Positions 1 to 13,317 are shown, counted from the first letter of the stretch. The stretch is DNA of 64,000 nt from Mytilus californianus (GCF_021869535.1 NW_026262582.1:32364001-32428000); one strand, 5' to 3'. Translations and numbers: made by a program. Notes: generated by a model not told the origin, from the letters alone.

Positions 1-605
1 CACTTAATCCATTGGATGTTGGATGTGTACGGATTGATAATTTAGTCTTGGATACATGAATTTTTTTTATTAGTTGTTAGTGGCTTTGAACTAACTGTCA
101 GTAACTGCGAGTACTCTCAGATCTGTACTTAGTGTCTTTTTGTTGTTTGGATGTACAATTACCCGGCCACGTCCACTTGTATTTGTATAATTTGTATTTT
201 CATCCATCTGATGAGTTAAGCCTCTTTCAACTGATTTTTATAGTTCGTTCTTATGTTCTACTGTTACATCACTGTCCTAGGTTAGGGGGAGGGTTGGGAT
301 CCCGCTAACATGTTTAACCCCGTCACATTCTGTATGTATGTGCCTGTCCCAAGTCAGGAGCCTGTAATTCAGGGGTTGTCGTTTGTTTATGTGTTACATA
401 TTTGTTTTTCGTTCATTTTTTGTACATAGATTAGGCCGTTAGTTTTCTCGTTTGAATTGTTTTACATTGTCATTTCGAGGCCTTTTATAGCTGACTGTGC
501 GGTAGGGCTTTGCTCATTGTTGAAGGCCGTACGGTGACCTATAGATGTTAATTTCTGTGTCATTTGGAGAGTTGTCTCATTGGTAATCATACCACATCTT
601 CTTTT
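1..605 (+). repeat. Dispersed non-autonomous element, called family E here; runs off the window start
   Basis: Closely similar to 50678-51470. Ends in 'tcattggtaatcataccacatcttctttttt', the reverse complement of the starts of the copies at about 9775 and 55257. Confidence 0.8.
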
Positions 606-825
606 TTACAATTAAGAAATAATTTCTTCATGTCATGCGCTTTGATCATTTTAACATGGGTAGGCATTATATTTGTCGATATTTTACACGGAGCGTTAGA
701 GAGGTGTAAACTATGGTCAAATATAATGCCTATCCATGTTAAAATAAGCATAGAGCATGACATGAAGGAATTATTTCGATTCTAATAGGACAAATACAAC
801 ATTGTGTGCCTCTTTGTTAAATATT

Positions 826-1145
826 TGTTTGTTTTGAGATTGTGACACAGTGATGACTGCTGTACCCATATTTTGACAATGTTACGTATTATGTCTGTTT
901 TGTTCACGCATCGTTGTAAATATAATGGAATTTGATGCGACTGTCATACAAGTGAGAGGTTTAGCGCTATAAAACCAGGTTCAATCCATCATTTTCTACA
1001 TTTGAAAATGCCTGTACCAATTCAGGAATATGACAGTTGTTGTCCATTCGTTTGATGTGTTTTATCATTTGATTTTGCCATTTGATTAGGGACTTTCCGT
1101 TTTGAATTTTCCTCGGAGTTCAGTATTTTTGTGATTTAACTTTTT
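826..1145 (+). repeat. Dispersed element (family B-like) nested in the LINE
   Basis: Reverse complement of 27240-27455 ('gctataaaaccaggttcaatcca...cctgtaccaattcaggaatatgacagttg...gggactttccgttttgaattttcctcggagttcag'). Confidence 0.75.
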
Positions 1146-2053
1146 TTTAGGTACGAAAATACCGTAGAAATGTTTGGCTACTCCAGCTTCCTCCCCATGA
1201 ATTATGCACATTACATTTTCATATTTAATAAGTTTAAAAACTAATAGCAGGGTAAATATATGATGTTTTAATATCAATATTTAATAAAATGTTATGAAAG
1301 CAGCTAAAATATATATATATTTTTAAGGATAAAATGAAAATAACGAGAATGCAAACAGTTAGTTTGTGCGCATGTGTCAAACATATTTTATGCTAATTCG
1401 AACACGGCTTTGTTTACAAAGCGTAATAAGGACGTCATATTAGAATGTGAAATATTGCATTGCTGTCAATGGTTTTTATTCAGATTTTTCTTAAATAACG
1501 TTGGTTTGATGCAAGGAGAGGTGAGGTTTTATCTCTTATATTGTTTTCTATATATGAGAATGACTGTGAAATGGAATTTATAAAAAAATATTGCAAAGCT
1601 GTTGAGTTGAAAGAATTAAGTTTATTTTTATTAATGTATGCGGATGATATGGTTCAATTTTCTGAATCCGTGAATGGATTGCAAAACATGTTAGATGCCT
1701 TGTTAGATTACACTAAAAGGTGGAAACTATGTATAAATATAAGTAAGACTAACATGGTAATGTTAAAAATAACGAACAGTGGTTTTATAATGATGTGCAA
1801 CTTGTCATTGTAGATTTTTTTTACGTATTTAGGGGTTGTTCTCAATTATAATTGAAAATTTTCAAAAACACAAAAGCATATAGCTGAGCAGGGAACACAA
1901 TCTATGTTTGCTCTTCTTACAAATGTCAAACCATATACTTTTAATCATACTTTGTTAACAATGTTTGCTTGATACTTAAGTTGATAGTGTATTATTTACA
2001 GTTCTGAGATATGGGGTTTTCATAATGCCCTTGATGTCGAGAGAGTACATATA

Positions 2054-2334
2054 CCCCGCCGTATTTTTTGCGCCTGTCCCGTCAGGAGCCTCTGGCCTTT
2101 GTTTGTCTTGTATGTTTTTCTTTGTTTTAGTTCATTTATATGTTTCGGAGTTTAGTGTGATGTCCATTTTCAATGAACTAGTACACATTTTTGTTTAGAG
2201 GCCAGCTGAAGACCGCCTCCGGGTGCGGGATTTTCTTGCTGTGTTAAAGACCCATTGGTGGCCTTAGGCGGTTTTCTGCTCTTTGGTGGGGTTGTTGTCT
2301 CTGTGACACATTCCCCATTTTCATTCTCAATTTT
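2054..2334 (+). repeat. Dispersed element (family A) inserted in LINE ORF2
   Basis: Homologous to 13630-13790 (+), about 9855-9995 (+) and 20435-20765 (-). 'atat' occurs on both flanks, and removing the insert restores the reading ERVH-MEFCKRIL. Confidence 0.8.
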
Positions 2335-4099
2335 ATATGGAATTTTGTAAAAGAATATTATGTGTAAAGACAAGCACACTAAATGTTATGATATATTATG
2401 AGCTTGGTAGATACCCTATGTTATTATCTAGAAAATTAAGAATTTTCAAATACTGGAATAAGTTATTGAATAGTGATAACTGCATTTTACGTGGCTGTTA
2501 TGGATATTTGTATGACATGTCTTTGAAATACCCAAATAACAAGAATAATTGGGTTTGTTGTATTCGAAATGAACGTTTTTATCTTGGTCTAAATGATATG
2601 TGGTTTGCACAAAACTCTGTAAAGAACACGTTTGTATTATAAAGCAAAGGCTTCATGATATTTCTAAGCAAGGATTTGATATGAAATTGAATGCTTCATC
2701 TAAATGTTCTATGTATAAATTTCTTGTTTCGAATACTTGTTTACAATCATATGTATGAAAATCCATTTCTGAATTGTATAAAAAATGTATTATAAAAATA
2801 CGATTATCTTCTCATAGTCTTGCCATCGAGCAAGGCAGGTTTTCAAACGTTTCTAGGGATATGCGAATATTTAAAATGTGTATTGACGGAAAAGAGGACG
2901 AAATGCATTTCATTATTATGTGTCCATTGTATTTAAATTTACGGAGTAAATTTATAGAGCCTCATTTTTGGAAAAGGCCATCAGCTTTTAAATTATTACA
3001 ATTGTTAAACTCTTCAAAGGTAACTGAACTATGTAACCTTGGTAAATATATATATTTTTAAATTTAGATTTGAATTGAGAAACGATTGTTTCTGACCAGT
3101 TAATATTAATATTTTGGTAGAATATTTTGTATATTACTGCTTTAATTAAATGTATTGTTCTTCTGTCTGTCTATCATGATCATGTGTATGTATTATATTG
3201 ATGTATTATATTATACCTTATGAGTTGTAAACCTAACGGTCAATAAAGAATTGAAGTGAATGTTTCCTTAATTGGACAATTAAGTAATAATAACATTATG
3301 GACCATTATATATTGAAACATGGTAAACAAAAACTGTTTTAAAACAATCGCCTAGTTTGTGATTATGAAATCGATGAATATTTACTGACAAATTTTGAAC
3401 ACAGAAGATATGTAAAATGAGGATTAGTGGTCACTTTTTTTTTTAAAGAAAAGGGTCGTTATAAAAGATGAAAATAAAATGACAGACCTTGCCAGACGTA
3501 CAAACATTAAATATTTTGAATATAAAATTCAATACTTTTTCCATAGCCCCTTATATGAAAATTACCAAAAGAATAAGAAACTAAAGTTTATAGTTTTTAT
3601 TATTAAACAACAACTCATGATGGAAAATAGTTTTGGATAATAAGCAGTGTCTGGTCAATTCGTTTACAAAGTCCACTTTCCATCAATATTCTCAGGCTTT
3701 TTACTTTTTTGATACTTGACTGCATGATTCTGCAATTTTAATATCGTCTTCCAGTTTCCTTATTAGTATTTATGTATTGACCGGCAATGGCATGGTTAGA
3801 AAAAACAAAAAATAACACCATTGATATGGTAAACATCACAAAAAATACGCCATTTTTTGTGACGTTGATTCATTCAAATGACGCTCAGTTTCTATTTCGT
3901 TTGTGGTGTCCTGGTATGTTTTCATCCATTCATGGTGTCCGTTGTTGTTTTTCGTTTTACATGTTTTAATGTACTAAATATATTATTTATTTATGTATTT
4001 CTTTGTGGTGAGTGTTGTTGCGTTTGTTTGTATTGTACCCATATTGTTTGTTCACGCAGTGTTGTCATTTCAGCGGTATTTTTAACATTGCCATATATA

Positions 4100-4345
4100 T
4101 AGGCGCGAGGTTTTGCTAGCCATAAAATTAGATTCAACCCACCATTTTTCATTGCCCTGTACCAAGTCAGGAATATGGCAGTTGTTTATCATACAGTCCG
4201 TTTCTATGTATGTTGGCGTTTGATTATTTTGTAGTTCAGTGTTTCCATTGTTCCGTTGTTTTCCTCTTGTAGTTGATGTGTTTACTTCAGTTAATGTTTT
4301 TTCTTAAATAAATCTAATTATGACTATTGAACAGCGGTATACTAC
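4100..4345 (+). repeat. Dispersed element (family B) fragment
   Basis: Homologous to 34200-34470 (+), 5092-5480 (-) and 28645-29050 (-). Confidence 0.75.
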
Positions 4346-4766
4346 TGTTGCCTATATTGTGTTTACGTGAAGATGTACATTTCAAAATTAAAGACATTAT
4401 TTTAATAAAAACCGCTATGACTTATATTATAATAAGTTAAATCTAAGGATTTTTAGCATATTTCTATATTTGAAACGTAATTATAAGAATTGAAAGCAAT
4501 TTTATGTATGTATGATGCTACCACGCATCACACACACAGGGTTTCGGTTAAAGCTTTAACAAGCCGATAGGACAACAACAATTTGAATTTCACCATTTAG
4601 GGACAGGGACAGCGACGTCTTTACATGTAACGGAGATATTTCGATTTTTTAAAAATTAGAGTAGTTTAAAATATATTTACAATATAGTCAACATCTGGAG
4701 AATGCATATCAAAGGGTAAATACTTATCAAAGGTATACCAGGCTTATAAATTTTTCTACGCCAGAC

Positions 4767-5035
4767 GGGGGGCTTCGGTGGCCGAGAGGTCTAAGTAGTT
4801 ACTACTGTAATCACTAGCCAGTCAACACTGAGGTTGTGAGTTCGAACCCCGCTCGTGCGGGTGCACTCGACTCCAATCTTAATTGACTAGGATTGTCAGT
4901 TTTCCTATCGAAGGTCGGTGGTTTCCTCCGGTCACTCCGGCTTCCTCCACCAATAAAAACTGGCCGCCACGAAATAGCCCAAAAGCGGTGCTTAAAAGTG
5001 GCGTTAAAAGACCAAAAATCAAATCAAATCAAATC
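4767..5035 (+). mobile_element. tRNA-derived SINE, V-SINE-like
   Basis: A box 'tggccgagagg', B box 'gagttcgaacc', central 'ggtttcctccggtcactccggcttcctcc' resembling the V domain, and an (aaatc)n tail. Flanked by the direct repeat ctacgccag (4756-4764 and 5035-5043). Confidence 0.85.
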
Positions 5036-5091
5036 TACGCCAGTTTCGTATATACAAGACTCATCAGTGACGCTCGAATCAAACTAATTGT

Positions 5092-5830
5092 AAGGCTAAA
5101 TAAAGGCAACAGTAGTATACCGCTGTTCGAAATTCATAAATCGATTGAGAAAAAACAAATCCGGGTTACAAACTAAAACTGATGGAAACACATCAAATAT
5201 AAGAGGAGAACAAAGACACAACAGAAACACTAAAATGCAACACACACAGAAACGAACTATAAGATAACAACAACCATTTTCCTGACTTGGTACAGGACAT
5301 TTTAAGAAAAGATGGTGGGTTGAACCTGGTTTTGTGGCTAGCCAAACCTCCCGCTTTAATGGCAATGTTAAATATAACACTAAAATGACAACATTACATG
5401 ACAGGACTACAATACAAATAAGTGGAAGAACATACAGGACAGAGAAACACACAAATAAACAATACAATAGAACATTACGACAAGCTAATAGTTATCAAAG
5501 GTGCCAGGCCTAAAGATGAAGAGCATTGATGACCCAAAATTCCAAAAAGTTGTGCCAAATACGGCTAGGTTATCTGCCTGGGATTAAAAGATATTTAGTA
5601 TTTAGAATAATTCATATTTTTGCAAACAGTAAATTTATAAAATATACAAATGACCATATAATTGATATACATGTTAACACCGAAGTGGTGACTAACTACA
5701 GAATAAAAACGAATACGTAAAACAACCTAGATCAGCACATAAAAACAACACAGCCGAACAACGCATTGTATGTCAGCCGAATAGATCGACGCACAAAAGT
5801 GACGTCACAGGTAAATTTCTAAAAATTTTC
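5092..5830 (-). repeat. Composite dispersed element (family B plus adjacent module)
   Basis: Collinear with 28645-29460 from 'aaaggcaacagtagtataccgctgttcga' through 'gtgacgtcacaggtaaatttctaaaaa'. Strand is nominal. Confidence 0.75.
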
Positions 5831-7559
5831 AAAAAATAGGATAGAGTTCAAGATTAGGTTTGTAAAACTGATATTACATGTATATAAATAATTCCAAAAA
5901 TTATGCCAAATACGACTAAGGTAATGTGTGCCTGGAGGTAGAGATCTTTAGTATTTCGAATACTTCAAAGTTTTTCAAACAGTAAATTTATATAAAAAAA
6001 ACAATATCATTGATATTTCATGCCAACACAGAAGTGTTGACTACTGGGCTGGGGATACCCTCGGGGACGAAAGACATGCATGATAGACATGATTATAGAT
6101 GATTTCATACAATTAACAGTGCTGTTTTCTTTCCAATTGAAATAAAAGACAAAAATCAAGACTCAATGATCCCTGCCCAAAAAAAGAACTGAACGATTGT
6201 ATATAGTTAACTTGAACTTTAAACTACATATCTCAAAATCAGAACAATTCCTACAACTATATGTATCGTTACCTCTTTAAACTTTAAGACTAAAGCCGTA
6301 TGACTTCTTGGTGTACTTTTCATGAACATATGCAAAAGTATTAAGATACAATGCTATAAAAACCGAATCTGGGTCAACACATAATGGCATTGTCAAGGTG
6401 ACCTTAGTCTTTAAGAGTATGAACCTCTATTCCGGTTTCTCTCTTGTCAAGATATATATGTTGGATACAAGTTGTGGTCAGTTGTAAGTTTGTACAAATT
6501 ATAATTTGTACAAGTTATAAGTTTTTTGAAACATGCTTTCTTGCACCAGGTGATAAAAGGTTATCGTCTAAAAACTATCAGTTTGGTGTTCTTAATAAAA
6601 ATTTGTATACTCCAATAATACTTAGTGCTGTATTTTTTTCTGTCCTATAACTGCAAAAGATGACACCTGAATAGTTTAAATTGTATTTTTATTATTACCT
6701 TAATGCCAAAATCATATCCATAAAGAATCTTTTTGCAGACTTATAATTTGGTTGCATCAATGCTGAGTATGTGACTGTTTCATGAGGTCAAAAAAAAAAG
6801 GACAAAAAAAATGTTAACATAAGACGGTGTGTTTGTATTATCCATTTGTGTTAAGAGATTCACAAAACACTGATAACTTGTACAAAAATTCTATACAAAT
6901 TATAATTTGTACAATATTACAATTTGTACACAGCATTATATATATAACACCAGTATACGTTTTATCAAAGTAGGTCAAGAAAATTTAGGTTGTACTTCTG
7001 GTATTAATTACGGTAAAACATTCTACTTTAGGAAACAGTTACATCGACCTTTAAACTATTAACGTAAAAATCAATGTCCTGATATCTAGTCCCTGTGTCC
7101 GTTTCAACAAAATATAAATGTGTCAACGAAAATTGTAATTAATCTTTGGAAAACATAATTTTTGTCAAAACAGTATTTTTATAAACATAGACATACGAAA
7201 TTAAACTTCGAGAGGATAAAACATGACTTTGTCTTTGGTCAATTATCTAACATCTATGTAAGTTTCATCAAAATCTATCAAAGGAAATTATTCTACGAAA
7301 ACCTAATTTCAGTTCAAAAATTTAGTTTTAAGATATAGTGACATCGGTCTTTCCCCATCGGACCTTATATCGATGGGGTTCTTTCATTTGCTTTGATATA
7401 ACACTGTGAAGGTTCATCGGATTGATCAAGAAAAGTTACAAATTATGCTTCGCAAACTAAGAGGTGATTCACGAACGAAAGGGTGCGTGGGAACCGAATC
7501 TTTATTCTTTACTTTGAAATAGGGCAAGGAACAAACACTATAATAAACAAACTCAGTTT

Positions 7560-8830
7560 TATTTGAATCTAAACTTAGTAATCATGTCTCTCAAAACATT
7601 GACGTCAACATCTGGAACAACTGACGACCCTCTGATGGTGTTTGAAATATGTCGCGTCCTCCAAAGGTACACCAGTTATGAATTGAATTCTAGTAAGAAA
7701 TTGTTGTGAACATCCTCGATATAGCTTCGGCTCTGTGTATCTATGTGAAATTTCATCTAATACTCCAATATTGGCTGGAATTTCATATGACCAGTCAGTT
7801 GCATCACAGATTAATGGTTGGTGATACATGACATCCGGGATGCCATATCTACCAGTTCCATCAATCGATCTTCGATTACGAATTCTGTGGTTATTCCATG
7901 TGATTCTGAATGTATCTAAATGTCTTTGAGTCATTGGAAGAAAACAGAAACGCACACATTCCATGTGAGTACGATCTGTGTTATCTAGTTGACCAGCATC
8001 AATCAAATCTTTAAAAAAAAATTCGCCAAAAAACTATAAAATGTGGCATGAGGAAGCTCCGCAGCATTTCTATTCTCTGATTTGCACTTGATGTACACAC
8101 AGTGAAAGATCTACAGCCTTCTACATTGTCGTTGTGAAATGATCGAAGTACCATTTGGATGTATTTGATATCTACATTTTCTGTTCCAGCATCGGCACGA
8201 ACCATTCTAGGAACGCCCTTAATGGTTTTTAAATAATGTACATAGTCAAAGGCAACAAAACGTGGGTTTTTGTTACTATGACTAGCTGGCAGCCATAGTA
8301 TTTTCCTAGAAAACCCACCTATTGCTCCGTGTATGGAGATTCCATATGGTTTAAGTTTATCATAACCGTCGTTATGGATGCAAAAGTTTGGACCTTTATT
8401 TCAATACTGCCTCCGTGTCAATCGTCTGTTCAATCTTCTTACCACCTATGACCTATCTAGTGCGTTTAATGCAAACCTAACTGTTTCCTGAGTGGCACGT
8501 ATTCCACAATAAGTATTTAGTATTCTCCACATCGACCTGTACCCAACCTCAGAATAGCCTTGCTCTCGGAGAAGTACAATTTTATCAAGAATATGTGGTG
8601 ATTGACTTTCATTGTTGTATCGTTTCAATTTTAGTTTACTCATAATACGGTTCACAGTTTTTACACTCACATGCGTCGAGTGAACAAACAACAAAAACCC
8701 ACAGATTTCCTTTGCAGTGTAGGGCAACTTATGATAGTGTTTCACTAAATCCTCTATAGTGGCATCAATCATGTCTTGTGGGAAAACAGGGTTGTCCATT
8801 TCATCTGTTAGGTTACCTAAAACACAAAAA
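7560..8830 (-). mobile_element. Decayed DDE integrase-core transposase element, copy 1 (IS3/IS481-like, IS3EU-type)
   Basis: ORF fragments 8446-8904, 8011-8205 and 7605-8006 give an HTH-like N-terminus, RADAGTEN, NQRIE and FCF...WNNHRIR. Nearly collinear with 63158-64000, but with frameshifts. Confidence 0.8.
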
Positions 8831-9336
8831 ACAAAAATTTGAATTTCAAATAATGTTTGGGTTTTGATCTTTATTTTCAGATGATTATTAGATACTTTTT
8901 GCACAAACTTTATTCAAAACAATATGTAGTGTCCATTATGGAAAAAATAATGCATTATGTCAGTCCATCACTGGATAGAAAGTGTCTTCGATACAAAATC
9001 AATCCGTTATGGGACAGTTTCTCCATTATGGCCCTGGCATAATGCCCTATGTATCCACAATGTACTTAGTTACCTTATTCACAAATGATAAGCATTTGAG
9101 CAATAAATTTAAATAGCTGTTTAATTGTGAACTTTTATATTTAAATCATATTCAAGAAAAACTTGTTCAGAGGGACGATAAAACAGAACCTGGATTATCC
9201 TTTTAGGGCCACGTGTGATTAGGAAAATGATATTTAATTTAATTATGTTTTTACTTGTTTTACTAATCTTAGGGTAGTGCGGTCCGATTGACGTGCCTCC
9301 TGAAAAAAGCGACTGGTCCCATTAAAGGCATTTTAA

Positions 9337-9690
9337 GGAGAGTCGTGTTGTAGTGGTAAGCGCATCGGACTACAAACACAAAGGTTCCTGGTTCGATCCC
9401 CGTTCCGGGCAGAAAATTTCAGGGACTGAATTTTCGGCTCTCCCTTGATACCATTTGCGAGTATGGTCTTGAGAAACGATGATAGTCCGTCGGAAGGGGA
9501 CGATGAATGGCTGACACGTATTTAGACAGAGCAATATCTCTTGCACGTAAAAGACACCCTTGTAGATTTCGAAAAAAAAACAGGCTAATGCCGCTACATG
9601 ACAGCACTCGCACCAACAAAGTGGAAAGGGATTAATATAAGTTGTAATAACTTGTTTCCCAATCCACTATAAATAAATATGTTTTAACTA
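9337..9690 (+). mobile_element. tRNA-derived SINE (central domain possibly Deu-like)
   Basis: tRNA-like head with A box 'tgtagtggtaag' and B box 'ggttcgatccc', followed by a roughly 270-bp non-tRNA body ending in 'ataaataaatatg'. Confidence 0.75.
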
Positions 9691-9769
9691 AGGTACGATC
9701 ATTCGTTTTTCTAGGGTTGAAGGTTTTTTTTAAGGGTTTTTTTCTTTTCACTTTTTGATAATAGATATA

Positions 9770-10265
9770 AGAAGATGTGGTATGATTGCCAATGAGACAA
9801 CTCTCCATCCAAGTCACAATTTATAAAAGTAAACCAGGTAACCAGTAAAGGGTTGAGATCTCACAAAACATGTTTAACCCCGCCGCATTTTTGCGCCTGT
9901 CCCAAGTCAGGAGCTTCTGGCCTTTGTTAGTCTAATATGTTTTTTAATTTTAGTTCATTTAAATGTTTTGGAGTTTAGTGTGACGTCCATTTTCACTGAA
10001 GCTATAAAGGGCCCCAAAAATTACTAGTGTAAAGCCATTCAAACTGGAAAACCAACGGTCTAATCTGTATAAAAAACGAGAAACGAGAAACACTTATGAA
10101 CCATATCAACAAACGTCAACTACTGAACATCAGATTCCTAACTTAGGACAGGTGCAAACAATTGCAGTGGGTTTAAACGTTTTAATGGTACCAAACCTTC
10201 ACCCTTATCTGAAACAATAGTGTAACATCACAACATAGAAAGACACACTATAAAATATCAATTAA
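9770..10265 (-). repeat. Family E-related element with a nested family A fragment (about 9840-10000)
   Basis: Collinear with the uninterrupted copy at 55255-55690. Confidence 0.75.
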
Positions 10266-11206
10266 AATGGAAGGTGGTGTATTCATTTTTCGCGACTTCG
10301 CATCGCATTTATTTATTTTCAGCCTCTTTTACAACCTAATCTTGCGTTGTAATGCAGTTTTGGGAACAGATTATTCATTTTTAATCCAATAATTAGCCCA
10401 GTTTATATCCGTTTTAAGTTATTGGTAGTTCAGATTATTCATTTTCAATATCATCTTGACCCCCTAGAATATCAAATGGTCGTCCCCTTAGGTACAACCT
10501 TTGAACAGATAAATTATAAATGGGGAAATGATATACAGTTTACCAGATTGTTTCTTCTTTTTCTATACTTCTGTGGTAGATGTGGGTGACCCAGACGACT
10601 TAACATTTCACTTTATAAACTAACAATAAGGTACTCACGTGAATTGAAATAAAAAACCGTACATCTGTTATCAATACCATTCGAAATGACAACCTCTTCT
10701 GCTGCTTGAGTAAGAAGGCGGAAACAGTTTTTGTTTGGCAGCTAAATCATATTATGTATGCCAACATCATATTTATCGCAATTAATTCATCACAATTTAT
10801 CGCACTTTAATTTATATAAGCGAAGAAAAAAATAGAAATGTTGTGAAACAATGCGTTATCTCGCGTAAAATTAATTTGTCATACAATAAGTCGTATTATT
10901 TATATCGACTTCTCATTTATCACAACTAGTTATTCTCACTTTAATTGAAATATGCGAGAAAAATAAGAGAAAAATTGCGAGATAATGTGTGTTCTCGCCT
11001 AAAATTAAGTTGACATGACGTAACTCGTTTTATTTAAGTCGACATATTATTTATCTCAATTAATATATCACACTTCTATTCAAATATGCGAGCAAAACAA
11101 AGAGAAAAATTGCCAAATAATGTGTTATTTTGCTTAAAATAAATTGAATAATCCTTAAAAAATGAACGAACACGAGGCCAATATACTCTTCCGTAGATAT
11201 GTATGC

Positions 11207-11270
11207 TAAGTCGTTATAACAACTTAGCTAAGTCGTTATAACAAGTTAGCTAAGTAGTTATAACGACTTA
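11207..11270. repeat. Three tandem near-palindromic 22-bp units (gctaagtcgttataacaactta)
   Basis: Read directly. Each unit is almost its own reverse complement, centred on ttataa. Confidence 0.85.
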
Positions 11271-11536
11271 AAAATAAAACTCCACCCTGACTAAAATTAT
11301 CATAATACTTATCTTGTTAAGTCGACTTAATTTGCAATTAAATGTCAATTTAGCATGATAATTATCTTGTTATGTCGACTTAATATTGAATAAATTATCT
11401 TGCTATCTTGACAAGTCGATGTCACTTACATGCCACTATATTAAGCAGTTCTCAATATGTTTCAACTTTTTATTTTAATGTAATATATTGAAGAATTGTC
11501 CGTCAAGTCTAGCAAAAGCCTTATACTATATTTAAG

Positions 11537-11661
11537 GGATTCCCTTTTGATTCCAGTTATAAACTGTCTGACAAGTTTTTATGCGGGATTCGTCATCTTT
11601 TCTGTCCTGGGTTTTATGGCTCACAAGAAAAACACGTCAGTGGATCAGGTAGTAGATGAAG
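11537..11661 (+). CDS. SLC6 exon (DSLLIPVINCLTSFYAGFVIFSVLGFMAHKKNTSVDQVVDE)
   Basis: aag| acceptor and |gtattt donor; 125 nt, phase 2 to 1; open frame. Confidence 0.92.
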
Positions 11662-11807
11662 GTATTTTGTGTTAAAAAAATGATTTCTTATCATTGTCAA
11701 AAACAGCTACGAGGTATACTTGTTGAGACATAAAGTCAAAATCAAAACTAAGCTTCCGGTTGCATGTATGTATTCAATTTTGCTACAGCAACCAGACGTA
11801 TTGATAG

Positions 11808-12110
11808 GTTGATGGATGGCTGCTTAACGTCCATCGACAAATTAGTATGTATATCCAGGACGAGAATATGTTAATGCAAGATGACAATTAACCCTGCACT
11901 GTACTACACCGACACGCTGAATCGGATTTTAAGGTGCTAGTTCACAAGGTACCAGTCCGCAAGAAGACATGTTATCTAACCCGGACACATTATTCTGACT
12001 CTGAGCCAATCAGTCTTTGCTTTTACTCCCTAATGTCTCGTGCTTACCGGAAAAGCAGCAAATACCAACATTAAAGTCTTTAGTCTGACACAGCCGTTGT
12101 TCGAACCCGA
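11808..12110 (-). mobile_element. tRNA-derived SINE, Meta-domain-like
   Basis: The minus strand reads B box 'ggttcgaac' then 'gtcagactaaagact...ggtatttgctgc...taagcacgagacattagggagtaaaagcaaagactgattggctc', resembling the MetaSINE domain. A matching 3' tail fragment lies at 45722-45781 and a degraded 5' fragment at about 47600-47740. Confidence 0.7.
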
Positions 12111-12210
12111 CAAATTATAGTTAAAATGAGAGAGAAAAACTCAAGTTGACGTATATTTATAGAATTTGTGTTCTTTTCTAAACTCTGGTGGCCTGTAGGT
12201 AGGACACATA

Positions 12211-13009
12211 CAGTGGAGATCACTTCTATCCTCTCATCAAATCTGTCAGAATCTGTCAGGAGAACTGTTTAGGACAGTATGTAGAACTGTCATCATGACA
12301 CCTTTTAGACAGTTCTAGCTAGAACAGTTCTAATCTAGAACTGATTTGGTCAGTTCTACCTAGAACTGATTTAGACAGTTCTACCTAGAACTGATCCTGA
12401 CAGTTCTACCCTAGAACAGTTTTAGACAGTTCTACCAAATCTTTAGTCAGTTCTACGACTAGAACAGTTCTACAGACTCGTTGTCTTAAATATAAATAAG
12501 TCAAAAGAATATAATATATATTAAAAAATTATTAAACGATAATGATAACACTGAATGGTGACCAGTGAGATGCCCTAACTGCATTGACGTCATTTAGAAT
12601 TGTTCTACAATCCTGACAGGTTTGGTCAGTTCTACTGCTAGAACAGTTTTAGACAGTTCTGCTGACAGTTCTGCAGACAGTTCTGCAGTTAGAACTGATT
12701 TAGTCAGTTCTGCTGACAGTTCTACGGTTAGAACTGATTTGGTCAGTTCTGCTGACAGTTCTACGACTAGAACTGATTCGGACAGTTCTACCTAGAACAG
12801 TTTTAGACAGTTCTACCCTAGAACTGATCCTGACAGTTCTACCTAGAACTGATTCTGACAGTTCTACTTAGAACTGGTTCTGAAAGTTCTACTTAGAACA
12901 GTTCTAGGGAAGAACTGTTCTAGGTAGAACTACTCTAGGACAGTTTAGAACAGTTCTATGACAGATTATTCTGACAGTTCTAATGAGAGGTTAGAAGTGA
13001 TCTCCACTG
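12211..13009. mobile_element. 799-bp MITE (Tc1/mariner-type ends) filled with an internal minisatellite
   Basis: 27-bp TIR cagtggagatcacttcta(t/a)cctctcat with one mismatch, TA on both flanks, and an interior of cagttct/agaactg repeats. Confidence 0.92.
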
Positions 13010-13317
13010 TACCTCCGTAGTTAATATACCAGTCAAGGTTAAAACACAATTATGGCATTAAACTATCGCAGAGCGTTTCATTTCTGAAAAAAAAGACACT
13101 AAAGACTGTACTGCGGCTTGGAATCAAAATATGGTGTACGAGAGGAGACGGTATGAATCCTTGCGGAACATTGCTTGTTAAATATTTGGCACTTTTTTTG
13201 TGAATTTGATATTGAGTATAGTCTTTCAATAATTGTAGGGACGATTTCTCGTATACTGTTTTATTATCAAAATTGTGACAGATACATTTAATATCTTTGC
13301 TAAAATATGTATTAAAG

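Larger units (their letters stand above)
660..3260 (+). mobile_element. Decayed, 5'-truncated non-LTR retrotransposon (LINE; RTE-X/L2/CR1-like) ORF2 remnant
   Basis: RT motifs GLMQGE and YADDMV...LQNML..L..Y..RWKL.INISKT, then VMIYYELGRYP and a C-terminal RLSSHSLAIEQGR...EDEMHFIIMCPLY motif, split by stops, frameshifts and two insertions. The 3' end has aataaa plus a short 'gaattgaagtgaa' tail at about 3242-3260. Clade assignment is uncertain. Confidence 0.85.

Noticed and set aside
4767-4850. tRNA genes here and at 9337-9410
   Set aside because: A and B boxes are present, but the sequence continues into SINE bodies and tails, and no complete cloverleaf is evident.
5096-5467. Hydrophobic ORFs here and at 28760-29047, 34242-34484, 2170-2379 and 18103-18456
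   Set aside because: They lie wholly within non-coding dispersed repeats, and the frames are not conserved between copies.
10545-10740. Minus-strand secreted-protein first exon (MVLITDVRFFISIHVSTLLLVYKVKC*)
   Set aside because: There is an in-frame stop, the implied 19-nt intron is implausible, and no partner exons were found.
11207-11270. CRISPR-like palindromic repeats
   Set aside because: The units are adjacent with no spacers, there are no cas genes, and the context is eukaryotic.
1-11536. Upstream SLC6 exons (TM1-TM6)
   Set aside because: I searched by eye for the TM6 exon motif (W.DA..QIF.SL) and found none; the exons may lie outside the window or be deleted.
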